DNA of 64,000 bases, taken from contig QHWY01000081.1 in NCBI GenBank assembly GCA_003223875.1, forward strand, positions 35,388 through 99,387, read 5' to 3'. The position numbers and the translations under genes were made by a program. Below the pieces are notes generated by a model. That model was not told where the DNA came from. It was given only the letters and a program-made list of their open reading frames with translations, and did no database searches. This document shows, in pieces, positions 55,970-64,000 of this stretch. This DNA is from Acidobacteriota bacterium. Its GTDB lineage: Bacteria; Acidobacteriota; Terriglobia; 20CM-2-55-15. Each line of letters opens with the position of its first letter. The first letter of the stretch is position 1.

Positions 55970-57277
55970 TTATTCCTTCGCGGTCACGCGTGCCGATAGA
56001 CTGCCTTGGTGTAGTTTCACCTTGACGGTTTGATCCACTTCCACCGCATCGGCTGACCGGACGACTCGCCCATCCTGCAATAAACAAATCGCGTATCCCC
56101 GCTCCAGCACCGCCAGTGGGCTTAGCGCATCCAGCGTGTGAGCGATCCGCGCAAACGCTTGATGCCATTTCCGGAGGCGTTGTTGGACAGCGCCCGATAA
56201 GCGTTGCTCGCACATCTCGATGCGGTGCGCGCGCGTGCGAATGAACGCGCCGGCGCGAGCGAATTGTTCCAAGCGAAACGCGAGGTCATCCACACGCTGA
56301 ACCATCCGGCGGATTCTTGCTTCCGCAACCACGAACCCGCGGCTTCCGGCTTTCGATGCCAGGAATTTCTGCAGGCCGTTCAAGCGGTACTTCATGATTG
56401 AAGCCAGCCGGCCTTGAAGTTGCTCGACCCGTTCCACAAGTTCGGCTTTCGACTTGATCACAATCTCGGCGGCAGCGCTCGGCGTAGGAGCCCGCAGGTC
56501 TGCCACGAAATCGCAGATCGTAAAATCCACTTCGTGACCGACCGCGGAAATCACCGGCTTGCGCGAACGCACGATGGCTCGAGCGACGCGCTCTTCGTTG
56601 AACGGCCAGAGGTCTTCCATCGAGCCCCCGCCGCGCGCGACGACGATGACATCCACGTCCGTCGAGCGGCTGAGATAATCGATGCCCTCCATCACCTGAA
56701 GTGAAGCGCCTTCACCTTGGACTTCGGCGGGAAAGATCAGGACACTCACCGCATTGTGGCGCCGTTTCAATACCGTGAGAACATCGCGCAAGGCCGCGCT
56801 CTTTGGCGACGTCACAATCCCGATTTTCCGCGGGAATGCCGGAATGGGCCGTTTGCGCTCGGGCCTGAAAAGTCCTTCTTTTTCGAGTTTTTCTTTGAGC
56901 TGCTCGAATGCGAGCTGCAGGGCGCCGAGGCCCGCCGGCTCGAGGACTTCGACTATGAGCTGATACTCTCCACGACCTTCATACGTACTCACGCGGCCGC
57001 GCGCGCGGAACAGTTTTCCGTTCTCCGGCCGGAATCGTAAGAGGCGGGCCGCGTTTCGAAAACAGACCGCGGGAAGCTGAGCGCGATCGTCCTTTAATGT
57101 GAAGTAAAGATGTCCGGCCGTGGACGTCTTGCAGTTCGAGAGTTCGCCCTCGACCCAGATATCGATGAATCGCCGCTCGAGCATCTCGCGGATCTCGAAG
57201 CTCAATTCGGAAACCGAATAGATCTTGCGCTGGAATTCGGTGTTTCTCACTCGCGCAGTATAGTCTATCCCCTCCAT
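55970..57277 (-). CDS. xseA: exodeoxyribonuclease VII large subunit
   Basis: N-terminal OB fold (..IWVEGELSN..) and ..IGIVTSPKSAALRDVL.. ..VARGGGSMEDLWPFNEE.. Confidence 0.85.
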   Translation of the reverse strand: MEGIDYTARVRNTEFQRKIYSVSELSFEIREMLERRFIDIWVEGELSNCKTSTAGHLYFTLKDDRAQLPAVCFRNAARLLRFRPENGKLFRARGRVSTYEGRGEYQLIVEVLEPAGLGALQLAFEQLKEKLEKEGLFRPERKRPIPAFPRKIGIVTSPKSAALRDVLTVLKRRHNAVSVLIFPAEVQGEGASLQVMEGIDYLSRSTDVDVIVVARGGGSMEDLWPFNEERVARAIVRSRKPVISAVGHEVDFTICDFVADLRAPTPSAAAEIVIKSKAELVERVEQLQGRLASIMKYRLNGLQKFLASKAGSRGFVVAEARIRRMVQRVDDLAFRLEQFARAGAFIRTRAHRIEMCEQRLSGAVQQRLRKWHQAFARIAHTLDALSPLAVLERGYAICLLQDGRVVRSADAVEVDQTVKVKLHQGSLSARVTAKE

Positions 57278-57902
57278 GGATCAATCACTGCGCTGGTTGC
57301 CGGACGCGTATGGAACGGTATGGGGTGCGTTGGGAATTGCAATTCAAGCCGGGTTGCCGGTCCCCGCCGGATTCATCGCGTTCCCATCGACTTCCGAGGA
57401 CCGCATCCGCAGCGCCTATGAAGAACTCAAAATTCGAGAGAAGACTCACTTTGTCGCTGTGCGCGGCATCTCTCACGCCATGCTCAACGTGATCGGTCCG
57501 GATCAACTCATGCATTCGCTACACCGGTTATGGATGGACTCACCCGAATCACTCGCTCTGGTACAGCGCATGGTCCATGCGACCTGGTGCGGAAAAGCGC
57601 AATGGCACCGGCGCAATCTGCGCATCAAAGCCAATGAAGGAATGACGATCCTGGATCCGGACACCTACCTTGTGAACAGCATCACCGGAAAGTGCACGCG
57701 CCGCACCCTCGAACCGAAACAAAGAAAGATGATTCGTCATGTAGACGGCACGTCGAAGGTCGTCGAAAGAGAAGGCGAGCGCACGCCTATGCCGGCAGAG
57801 CATTTGAAGCAAATCACAGATCTGGCAGGTCGCGCGGGAAAGGACATCGGTTGGGCTATAGACGACAACGAGCGAGTGTGGCTGCTCAGCATCACTTCAT
57901 AG
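57276..57902 (+). CDS. PEP-utilising enzyme N-terminal-like (PPDK_N) domain protein
   Basis: C-terminus ..GWAIDDNERVWLLS.. resembles the end of the PPDK_N/PEP synthase ATP-grasp-like domain. Weak assignment. Confidence 0.4.
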   Translation: MDQSLRWLPDAYGTVWGALGIAIQAGLPVPAGFIAFPSTSEDRIRSAYEELKIREKTHFVAVRGISHAMLNVIGPDQLMHSLHRLWMDSPESLALVQRMVHATWCGKAQWHRRNLRIKANEGMTILDPDTYLVNSITGKCTRRTLEPKQRKMIRHVDGTSKVVEREGERTPMPAEHLKQITDLAGRAGKDIGWAIDDNERVWLLSITS

Positions 57903-57962
57903 CCACAAAAAGGCACAAAAAACACAAAACTTTTTTGTGTCCTTTGTGCCTCTTTGTGGCTG
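57903..57962. repeat. family D AT-rich palindrome, copy D4 between convergent genes
   Basis: AGCCACAAAAAGGCACAAAAAACACAAAACTTTTTTGTGTCCTTTGTGCCTCTTTGTGGCT. Confidence 0.6.
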
Positions 57963-57971
57963 TTCCCCGCC

Positions 57972-59027
57972 TTAGGCGATGGTGACCTCTTTAGTCAGGT
58001 ACACATCCTGGATCGCGTTCAGCAGCGCGACTCCTTCTTGCATTGGCCGCTGGAACGCCTTCCGCCCGGAGATCAATCCAGTACCGCCGGCGCGCTTGTT
58101 GATGACGGCGGTCTTCACCGCCTCCTTCAAGTCGCTTTCGCCGGCCGAGGCGCCGCCGGAGTTGATCAAGCCTACCCGGCCCATGTAGCAGTTCGCCACC
58201 TGGTATCGAGTGAGATCGATCGGATGGTCTGTCGTCAGATCCGAATAGACCTTCTTGTGGGTCTTGCCGAAATTCAGAGTGTTGTATCCGCCGTTGTTCT
58301 CCGGCAGTTTCTGCTTAATGATATCCGCCTCGATCGTCACACCGAGATGATTCGCCTGTCCAGTGAGGTCTGCTGAAACGTGATAATCCGCCTCTTTTGT
58401 TTTGAACGCCGAATTCCGGAGATAGCACCACAACACCGTGGACATTCCAAGAATGTGGGCCTCATGGAACATCTGGGTGATTTCCTGGATCTGACGCTTC
58501 GATTCCTCCGAACCGAAATAGATCGTCGCACCGACGCCTGTGCAGCCCATGTCGAATGCCTGTTTGATATTCGCGAAAAGAATCTGGTCGAAACTGTTCG
58601 GATACGAAAGAAACTCGTTGTGATTGAACTTCAGAAGAAAAGGAATCTTGTGCGCGTACTTACGCGCGACCGAACCTAGCACCCCTAGAGTAGTCGCTAC
58701 GGCGTTGCAACCGCCTTCGATGGCCAGCTTCACAATGTTCTCGGGATCGAAATAGATGGGATTGGGAGCGAAGGATGCGCCGGCAGAATGCTCGATTCCC
58801 TGATCCACCGGCAAAATCGAAACGTAACCCGTGCCCGCCAGCCGGCCCGATTTGAAGAGCTGCTGCAGGCTGACCAATGAGCGAGTCGGACGGTCCGATC
58901 CTACATATATCCGGTCAATGAAATCGGGACCCGGCAGATGGAGCTTGTCTTTTGAAATCGTCTTGCATTGATGATTGAGCAAACGTTCGGTATCAGACCC
59001 GAGTATTTCCTGAATTCTCCCAAGCAT
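57972..59027 (-). CDS. fbaB: class I fructose-bisphosphate aldolase (FbaB/DhnA type)
   Basis: Near-collinear similarity to recalled E. coli FbaB (..[35 protein letters not shown].. ..[30 protein letters not shown]..). Confidence 0.9.
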   Translation of the reverse strand: MLGRIQEILGSDTERLLNHQCKTISKDKLHLPGPDFIDRIYVGSDRPTRSLVSLQQLFKSGRLAGTGYVSILPVDQGIEHSAGASFAPNPIYFDPENIVKLAIEGGCNAVATTLGVLGSVARKYAHKIPFLLKFNHNEFLSYPNSFDQILFANIKQAFDMGCTGVGATIYFGSEESKRQIQEITQMFHEAHILGMSTVLWCYLRNSAFKTKEADYHVSADLTGQANHLGVTIEADIIKQKLPENNGGYNTLNFGKTHKKVYSDLTTDHPIDLTRYQVANCYMGRVGLINSGGASAGESDLKEAVKTAVINKRAGGTGLISGRKAFQRPMQEGVALLNAIQDVYLTKEVTIA

Positions 59028-59055
59028 GAACTCCTCCGTGCGAAATAATTCAAAC

Positions 59056-59274
59056 TTATCTCCTATTTAGGAGGCCAAAGAGCAGCGTGAGAATCACACT
59101 GATTAAGATCGAAGTTCCGAGCGGAAAATAAAACGTAAAGTTGTCGCGCTGATAGTGAAAGTCAAGCGGAAGGCGGCCGAGCCGGAATGGCAGCCTCGGT
59201 CCAAGCATGAGCACAAAACCGACAAGCGCCAAAAGACCGCCCATCACAACGAGCAATCGGCCCACTTGCTCCAT
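59056..59274 (-). CDS. DUF2905 family small membrane protein
   Basis: ..[34 protein letters not shown].. is the DUF2905 pattern. Start at internal MEQVGRLL. Confidence 0.55.
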   Translation of the reverse strand: MEQVGRLLVVMGGLLALVGFVLMLGPRLPFRLGRLPLDFHYQRDNFTFYFPLGTSILISVILTLLFGLLNRR

Positions 59275-59365
59275 GAGATTATTGTACGCCTGAGGCAAGG
59301 AAATTCGGGGAAGCGCGCAATTTCTTGCAGTGCCGAAATTGCTTACTGTCCCCGAATTTGCCGGC

Positions 59366-59776
59366 TCAAACAATCTCCAGTTGGTTGAAGAAATAGCCGA
59401 TCTCGAATGCTGCCGTCTCCGGACCATCGGATCCGTGAATCGCATTCCGCTCGATGTTGGTCCCGAATTGCTTCCGGATGGTACCCGCATCCGCTTTGCC
59501 GGGATCGGTCGCGCCCATCACCTTGCGGAGCTTGTCGATCGCGTTGTCCGCCTCCAGGACCATCAGAACGACCGGCCCTTCGGTCATGAATTTCACAAGA
59601 CTTGGGAAAAACGGCCGTTCTTTGTGAACATAATAGAAGCCCTGCGCCTGTGTCTCAGTGAGATGAAGCATCTTCATCGCCCGGATTCGAAAGCCTTCCT
59701 TCTCGAGTCTGCTGATGATTGCGCCGGCATTCCCCGCCTTGACGGTATCCGGTTTAAGAATCGTGAATGTTTTCAT
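59366..59776 (-). CDS. ndk: nucleoside diphosphate kinase
   Basis: ..TFTILKPD.. ..NAIHGSD.. active-site His motif. Confidence 0.9.
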   Translation of the reverse strand: MKTFTILKPDTVKAGNAGAIISRLEKEGFRIRAMKMLHLTETQAQGFYYVHKERPFFPSLVKFMTEGPVVLMVLEADNAIDKLRKVMGATDPGKADAGTIRKQFGTNIERNAIHGSDGPETAAFEIGYFFNQLEIV

Positions 59777-60642
59777 GATAAGCACGCCTTCATCGCGTCA
59801 CCGATCTCCGCCGGACTCTTCACGACACGAATGCCCGCAGCTTCCATTGCTTTCATTTTCTCTGCCGCTGTCCCCGTTCCGCCTGCCACGATCGCGCCCG
59901 CATGCCCCATCCGCCGGCCCGGCGGCGCCGTCTGGCCGCAGATGAAACCGACGACGGGTTTCTTCACGTTCGCCCTGATATAAGCTGCGGCTTCTTCTTC
60001 CGCAGTCCCGCCGATCTCACCGATCATGATAATGCCCCGCGTCTCCGGATCCTCATTGAAGAGCTGGATTGCATCGATGAAGTTCGTGCCGATGATCGGA
60101 TCTCCACCGATACCGATACAGGTCGATTGCCCGATCTTCCGCCGCGTGAGTTGGCCAACCGCTTCATACGTCAGAGTCCCGCTGCGCGACACGACGCCTA
60201 CATGGCCTTCAAGATGAATATGGCCCGGCATGATTCCCACTTTGCACTTGCCGGGTGAAATGATTCCGGGACAGTTCGGTCCGATCAACCGCGTCTTTTT
60301 CCCTTTCAGAAATGCGCTCGCGCGCACCATATCGAACGTCGGAACACCTTCGGTGATTGAAACAACCAATTCGATGCCCGCTGCCGCGGCTTCCAAAATC
60401 GCGTCCGCTGCAAACGCGGGCGGAACAAAAATTATGGATGCATTCGCGCCCGTTTTGCGGCGCGCTTCTTCGACGGTATTGAAAACAGGAATGCCTTCAT
60501 GGGTCGTGCCGCCTTTACCCGGCGTCACGCCACCAACGACTTGAGTTCCGTACTTCACGGCTTGCAGCGCGTGGAAGCGACCTTCCCGGCCAGTGATGCC
60601 TTGAACCAGCAGGCGCGTGTTCTCGTCTACCAATACACTCAT
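59773..60642 (-). CDS. sucD: succinyl-CoA synthetase alpha subunit
   Basis: ..[12 protein letters not shown].. CoA-binding. ..GHAGAIV.. phosphohistidine loop. Confidence 0.9.
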   Translation of the reverse strand: MSVLVDENTRLLVQGITGREGRFHALQAVKYGTQVVGGVTPGKGGTTHEGIPVFNTVEEARRKTGANASIIFVPPAFAADAILEAAAAGIELVVSITEGVPTFDMVRASAFLKGKKTRLIGPNCPGIISPGKCKVGIMPGHIHLEGHVGVVSRSGTLTYEAVGQLTRRKIGQSTCIGIGGDPIIGTNFIDAIQLFNEDPETRGIIMIGEIGGTAEEEAAAYIRANVKKPVVGFICGQTAPPGRRMGHAGAIVAGGTGTAAEKMKAMEAAGIRVVKSPAEIGDAMKACLS

Positions 60643-61808
60643 TAATGACTGCCTTTCGCTGCAGCAACTACTTTCTCGGCCGCGTCCTTCATGCCGTCGG
60701 CCACGATGAAATTCAATCCGGAATTCCGAAGGATTTCCTGGGCCTGCTCGACGTTCGTGCCTTCCAGGCGGACCACAACCGGAATCTGCACTCCAATGGT
60801 CTTTGCCGCTTCAACGACACCGGAGGCCACAATGTCACACCGCATGATCCCACCAAAGATATTGATCAGCACCGCCTTCACGTTCTTGTCCGACAGAAGA
60901 ATCCGAAACGCGTTCTTCACCTGCTCAGCCGACGCGCCACCGCCGACGTCAAGGAAGTTCGCGGGACTGCCGCCGGAAAGCTTGATGATGTCCATCGTCG
61001 CCATCGCCAGGCCCGCGCCATTGACCATACATGCAACGTTCCCATCGAGCTTGATGTAATTCAATCCGAACTTGCTGGCTTCGATCTCCAAGGGATCCTC
61101 TTCGTTCAGGTCGCGCAGTTCCTTGAGGTCTTTATGCCGGTAGAGCGCATTGTCATCGAAGTTCACTTTCGCATCGAGCGCGTAGACTTTGTTGTCGCCG
61201 GTCACGAGGAAGGGATTGATTTCAGCAAGCGATGCATCCATTTCTTCAAAGGCCTTGTACAGACCCATCATGAATTGCGCTGCATCATTAATTAACTCCG
61301 GCGCAAGACCCAGACCAAACGCCAGTCGTCGCGCCTGAAAAGGCTGCAGGCCGAGTCCAGGTTCGACATATTCCTTTAGGATGAGTTCGGGATTTTTCGC
61401 AGCGACTTCTTCGATGTCCATTCCACCTGATGCCGACGCCATGAACACGGGTTTTCCGGCCTTGCGATCGATCGCGATTCCAAGGTAGAGCTCTTTCCGA
61501 ATATCCAGGCCTTCCTCGATAAGAACCTTCTGAACCCGCCGCCCTTCCGGTCCCGTCTGCGCCGTCACCAGATTCATGCCCAGCATGCGGCCGGCGATTT
61601 CGGACGCCTCGTCAGGCGACTTTGCCAGCTTCACTCCTCCGCCTTTTCCTCTTCCACCAGCATGAATTTGAGCCTTTACCACGACAGCTCCGCCGATCCT
61701 GTGCGCGATTTCCCTGGCTTCTTCCTTCGTGTATGCAACCTCACCGCGGGGAATCCTAACGTTGTGGCGCGCTAAGATCTGCTTGGCCTGGTATTCATGT
61801 ATTTTCAT
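60642..61808 (-). CDS. sucC: succinyl-CoA synthetase beta subunit
   Basis: [12 protein letters not shown].. ATP-grasp N-terminus. ..[15 protein letters not shown].. Confidence 0.9.
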   Translation of the reverse strand: MKIHEYQAKQILARHNVRIPRGEVAYTKEEAREIAHRIGGAVVVKAQIHAGGRGKGGGVKLAKSPDEASEIAGRMLGMNLVTAQTGPEGRRVQKVLIEEGLDIRKELYLGIAIDRKAGKPVFMASASGGMDIEEVAAKNPELILKEYVEPGLGLQPFQARRLAFGLGLAPELINDAAQFMMGLYKAFEEMDASLAEINPFLVTGDNKVYALDAKVNFDDNALYRHKDLKELRDLNEEDPLEIEASKFGLNYIKLDGNVACMVNGAGLAMATMDIIKLSGGSPANFLDVGGGASAEQVKNAFRILLSDKNVKAVLINIFGGIMRCDIVASGVVEAAKTIGVQIPVVVRLEGTNVEQAQEILRNSGLNFIVADGMKDAAEKVVAAAKGSH

Positions 61809-62085
61809 GATTGCCTCAACTGAAAAACGATCAAAAAGAACAAACTGAACAATTTACAGGTGAGCGGAGAGGGTGTCAATGCGAGGACCCAGATCGCATG
61901 GGATGGGTGTTTCGGACAGGGCCGAAGTTCAAGGATTAATCCCACTTTAGGTCGGAGCATTTCATTGCGATATCGCTTGTAACCGTTATGCCTACAGACT
62001 ATACGTACGTTCCGGCACAGAAATTTTCGTTATTACGTGCTTGGTTGTCGGCGGGTCGCACGGCCAAGACATCGAGAAGTGGGTT

Positions 62086-63798
62086 ATGGCGGTTTTGAAC
62101 GTCCTTGTGATCGAAGATTCCCAAGAAGACACCTTACTAATGATAAGGGAGCTCAAAAAGGCGGGATATTCGGTAAATTTCGAACAGGCATCCAGCGCCG
62201 CTACGCTTGCAGCGGCCCTAGCGAAGGGCGGTTGGGATATCGTCTTTAGCGATTTCACGCTGCCCGGCTTCAGTGGAACGGCGGCGCTGGCGCAAGTCCG
62301 CAAACATGACGCGGAAATTCCCTTCATCTTCACTTCTGGGACCATTGGAGAAGATACGGCCGTCGCGGCCATGAGGACCGGAGTGGACGACTATGTAATG
62401 AAAAACAACTTGAAGCGGCTGGTGCCCGCTGTGGAGCGTGCGCTGCGGGAAGTTTCGGTTCGCAGCGCCCGCCGGCGGGCCGAAGAACGCGTCATCCATC
62501 TCGCTTATCATGACGCTCTTACTGATTTGCCGAACCGATACCTGCTTCAAGATCGGCTTAAACAAGCCATATCCAGCGCCCGCCGTGTGCATGAACCGGT
62601 CGCGTTGCTGGTTATGGACCTGAATGGTTTCAAAGCGATCAACGATTCGCTAGGCCACTACGTGGGCGACTGTGTTTTGCAACAAGTCGCGGCACGCCTG
62701 AGTAGGGTTATGCGGGAATCGGACACTATCGCCCGTCTTGGCGGGGATGAATTTGCATTTGTGTTGCCCCGCACCGATGGCGAAGGGGCAACGGCTGTCG
62801 CGCGCAAGTTTCTCCGCTCCTTGAAGGAACCGATCCTTTTCGAAGAATGTTCGTTAATGGTCAGCGGCAGCATTGGGATAGCGTGGTTCCCCGAACATGG
62901 CGCAACCGGTGAATCGCTGCTGCAAAAAGCAGATATTGCGATGTATGCCGCGAAGACGGGGAAACTGGAATGCGCAATCTATACGGACGAACGCGATCTG
63001 CAAGCCCACAGGCGCCTCACCATCATCACGGAACTACAAGAAGGCATCGAACGGGACGAATTCATCTGCGAATATCAACCTTTGGTCAACTTGAAAACCG
63101 GTAGGGTCACTTGTCTGGAGGCGCTGGCGCGATGGCGGCATCCGCGGCACGGTTTGTTGCCGCCCGAAGCGTTCATCGGCAACGCCGAACAAACCGGCCT
63201 GATCGAGCCTCTCACCATACGAGTGTTGGAGAAAGCACTCGATGACTGGAACACATCGTATTCGCATTTGCAGATCCCCATTTTCGTGAATCTTTCGCCG
63301 CGAAACCTGCAAGATCCGGAACTTCCGGATCGAATCAAGGACCTTCTTCGAAGCCGCGCAATTCCGCCTTCGATGCTTGGGTTGGAGATCACGGAGAACT
63401 TTGTCATGTCGGATCCGTTGCGCGCCTCCAAGTACCTGACGCGTCTGCACGATATGGGGACGACGTTGGCCATCGATGATTTCGGCACAGGATATTCTTC
63501 GCTCAGTTATCTCTGGCAGCTGCCGGTGGATGTACTGAAGATCGATCGCTCGTTTGTCGCTGAATTGGCGCGTGCCGAGGATACCATCGTTAAGTGCGCG
63601 ATCGATCTGGGACACAATCTCGGCCTTTCAGTGGTTGCCGAGGGCGTCGAATCGGCGGGCGTTCGGGATCGTCTTCGTAAGTTAGGGTGCGATGCCGCGC
63701 AGGGATTCTTTCTGGCCAGGCCGAGTCCCGCGCAAGAGACTCTTCGCTGGGTTGAGCAACAGCAGGGCACAAGATTCATGGCAGGCGGGCGTGGATGA
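62086..63798 (+). CDS. response-regulator receiver + GGDEF + EAL domain protein (c-di-GMP turnover)
   Basis: REC (..VLVIEDSQED.., D..FSDFTLPG). GGDEF with RLGGDEF. EAL with ..EALARW.. ..EITE.. ..DDFGTGYSS.. Confidence 0.85.
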   Translation: MAVLNVLVIEDSQEDTLLMIRELKKAGYSVNFEQASSAATLAAALAKGGWDIVFSDFTLPGFSGTAALAQVRKHDAEIPFIFTSGTIGEDTAVAAMRTGVDDYVMKNNLKRLVPAVERALREVSVRSARRRAEERVIHLAYHDALTDLPNRYLLQDRLKQAISSARRVHEPVALLVMDLNGFKAINDSLGHYVGDCVLQQVAARLSRVMRESDTIARLGGDEFAFVLPRTDGEGATAVARKFLRSLKEPILFEECSLMVSGSIGIAWFPEHGATGESLLQKADIAMYAAKTGKLECAIYTDERDLQAHRRLTIITELQEGIERDEFICEYQPLVNLKTGRVTCLEALARWRHPRHGLLPPEAFIGNAEQTGLIEPLTIRVLEKALDDWNTSYSHLQIPIFVNLSPRNLQDPELPDRIKDLLRSRAIPPSMLGLEITENFVMSDPLRASKYLTRLHDMGTTLAIDDFGTGYSSLSYLWQLPVDVLKIDRSFVAELARAEDTIVKCAIDLGHNLGLSVVAEGVESAGVRDRLRKLGCDAAQGFFLARPSPAQETLRWVEQQQGTRFMAGGRG

Positions 63799-63931
63799 TT
63801 CGAAACCAGGTCATCCTTCTAGCCGTAGACTTCGACCAGTTCGTCAAGGCGGCCGGGCACATCAGCGAATACTGGTTGGGCTTCAATGAACCTCCGCCGA
63901 GCCGGCCGGAGGCATCTCGATGAGAACAGCC

Positions 63932-64000
63932 TTCGAAAGGTTGGTCGAAGGCCGATTTCGGGATCTGCTGGAATCCGCTCCAGACGCGATGGTCATTGTC
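63932..64000 (+). CDS. PAS-domain sensor protein, N-terminal fragment (continues beyond the window)
   Basis: MRTAFERLVEGRFRDLLESAPDAMVIV.. is a typical PAS-domain opening. Confidence 0.3.

Noticed and set aside
63796-63924. 42-aa ORF (MIRNQVILLAVDFDQFVKAAGHISEYWLGFNEPPPSRPEASR) between the EAL protein and the PAS protein
   Set aside because: Starts inside the stop region of the upstream gene, no RBS, and no conservation signal assessable. Probably intergenic.

Overview
This 64 kb window is a high-GC (about 60%) bacterial chromosome segment. Gene content and the large secreted proteins with a Solibacter-type C-terminal domain (TIGR03437-like, recalled from memory and not searchable here) point to an Acidobacterium of the Solibacter/Bryobacter type. 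This is an inference from sequence only.

The gene map, in order:
- End of methionine salvage (mtnD fragment, mtnC).
- Scattered housekeeping and secreted proteins: tandem NHL-propeller paralogs, a pterin dehydratase, SDR and AKR enzymes, a frameshifted outer-membrane barrel.
- A minus-strand operon of two giant secreted repeat proteins (1200 and 1284 aa) translationally coupled to an orphan cpaF/tadA-type secretion ATPase.
- A dense operator-like tandem array in the divergent promoter region.
- A complete tad/flp pilus operon. Besides the core genes (flp, tadV, cpaB, cpaC, tadG/E/F, cpaE, cpaF, tadB, tadC), it carries three extras: DUF192, a TadD-like TPR protein and an unknown 514-aa polytopic membrane protein.
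- In one overlapping gene chain with tadC: a 52-aa transmembrane micro-ORF, an ABC-2 exporter, and an ABC-2 permease fused to a CPBP (CAAX) intramembrane protease.
- Further on: an M20 peptidase, a PQQ sugar dehydrogenase and a family-1 encapsulin with its EncFtn cargo.
- Then: threonine synthase with a ThiS/MoaD-like carrier, a methyltransferase, a DinB-family protein, an asparaginase, a PilZ-domain protein, a VOC protein, ttcA and an AMP-forming CoA ligase.
- A GntR-regulated 2-oxoacid:ferredoxin oxidoreductase operon facing an oxalate-type locus (frc formyl-CoA transferase, a PanE-like reductase and an OFA transporter).
- At the 3' end: xseA, fbaB, ndk, sucDC, a REC-GGDEF-EAL protein and the start of a PAS protein.

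Intergenic DNA carries four families of palindromic repeats or MITE-like elements, labelled A to D here. Family B shows about 11-bp target-site duplications and nested insertions.
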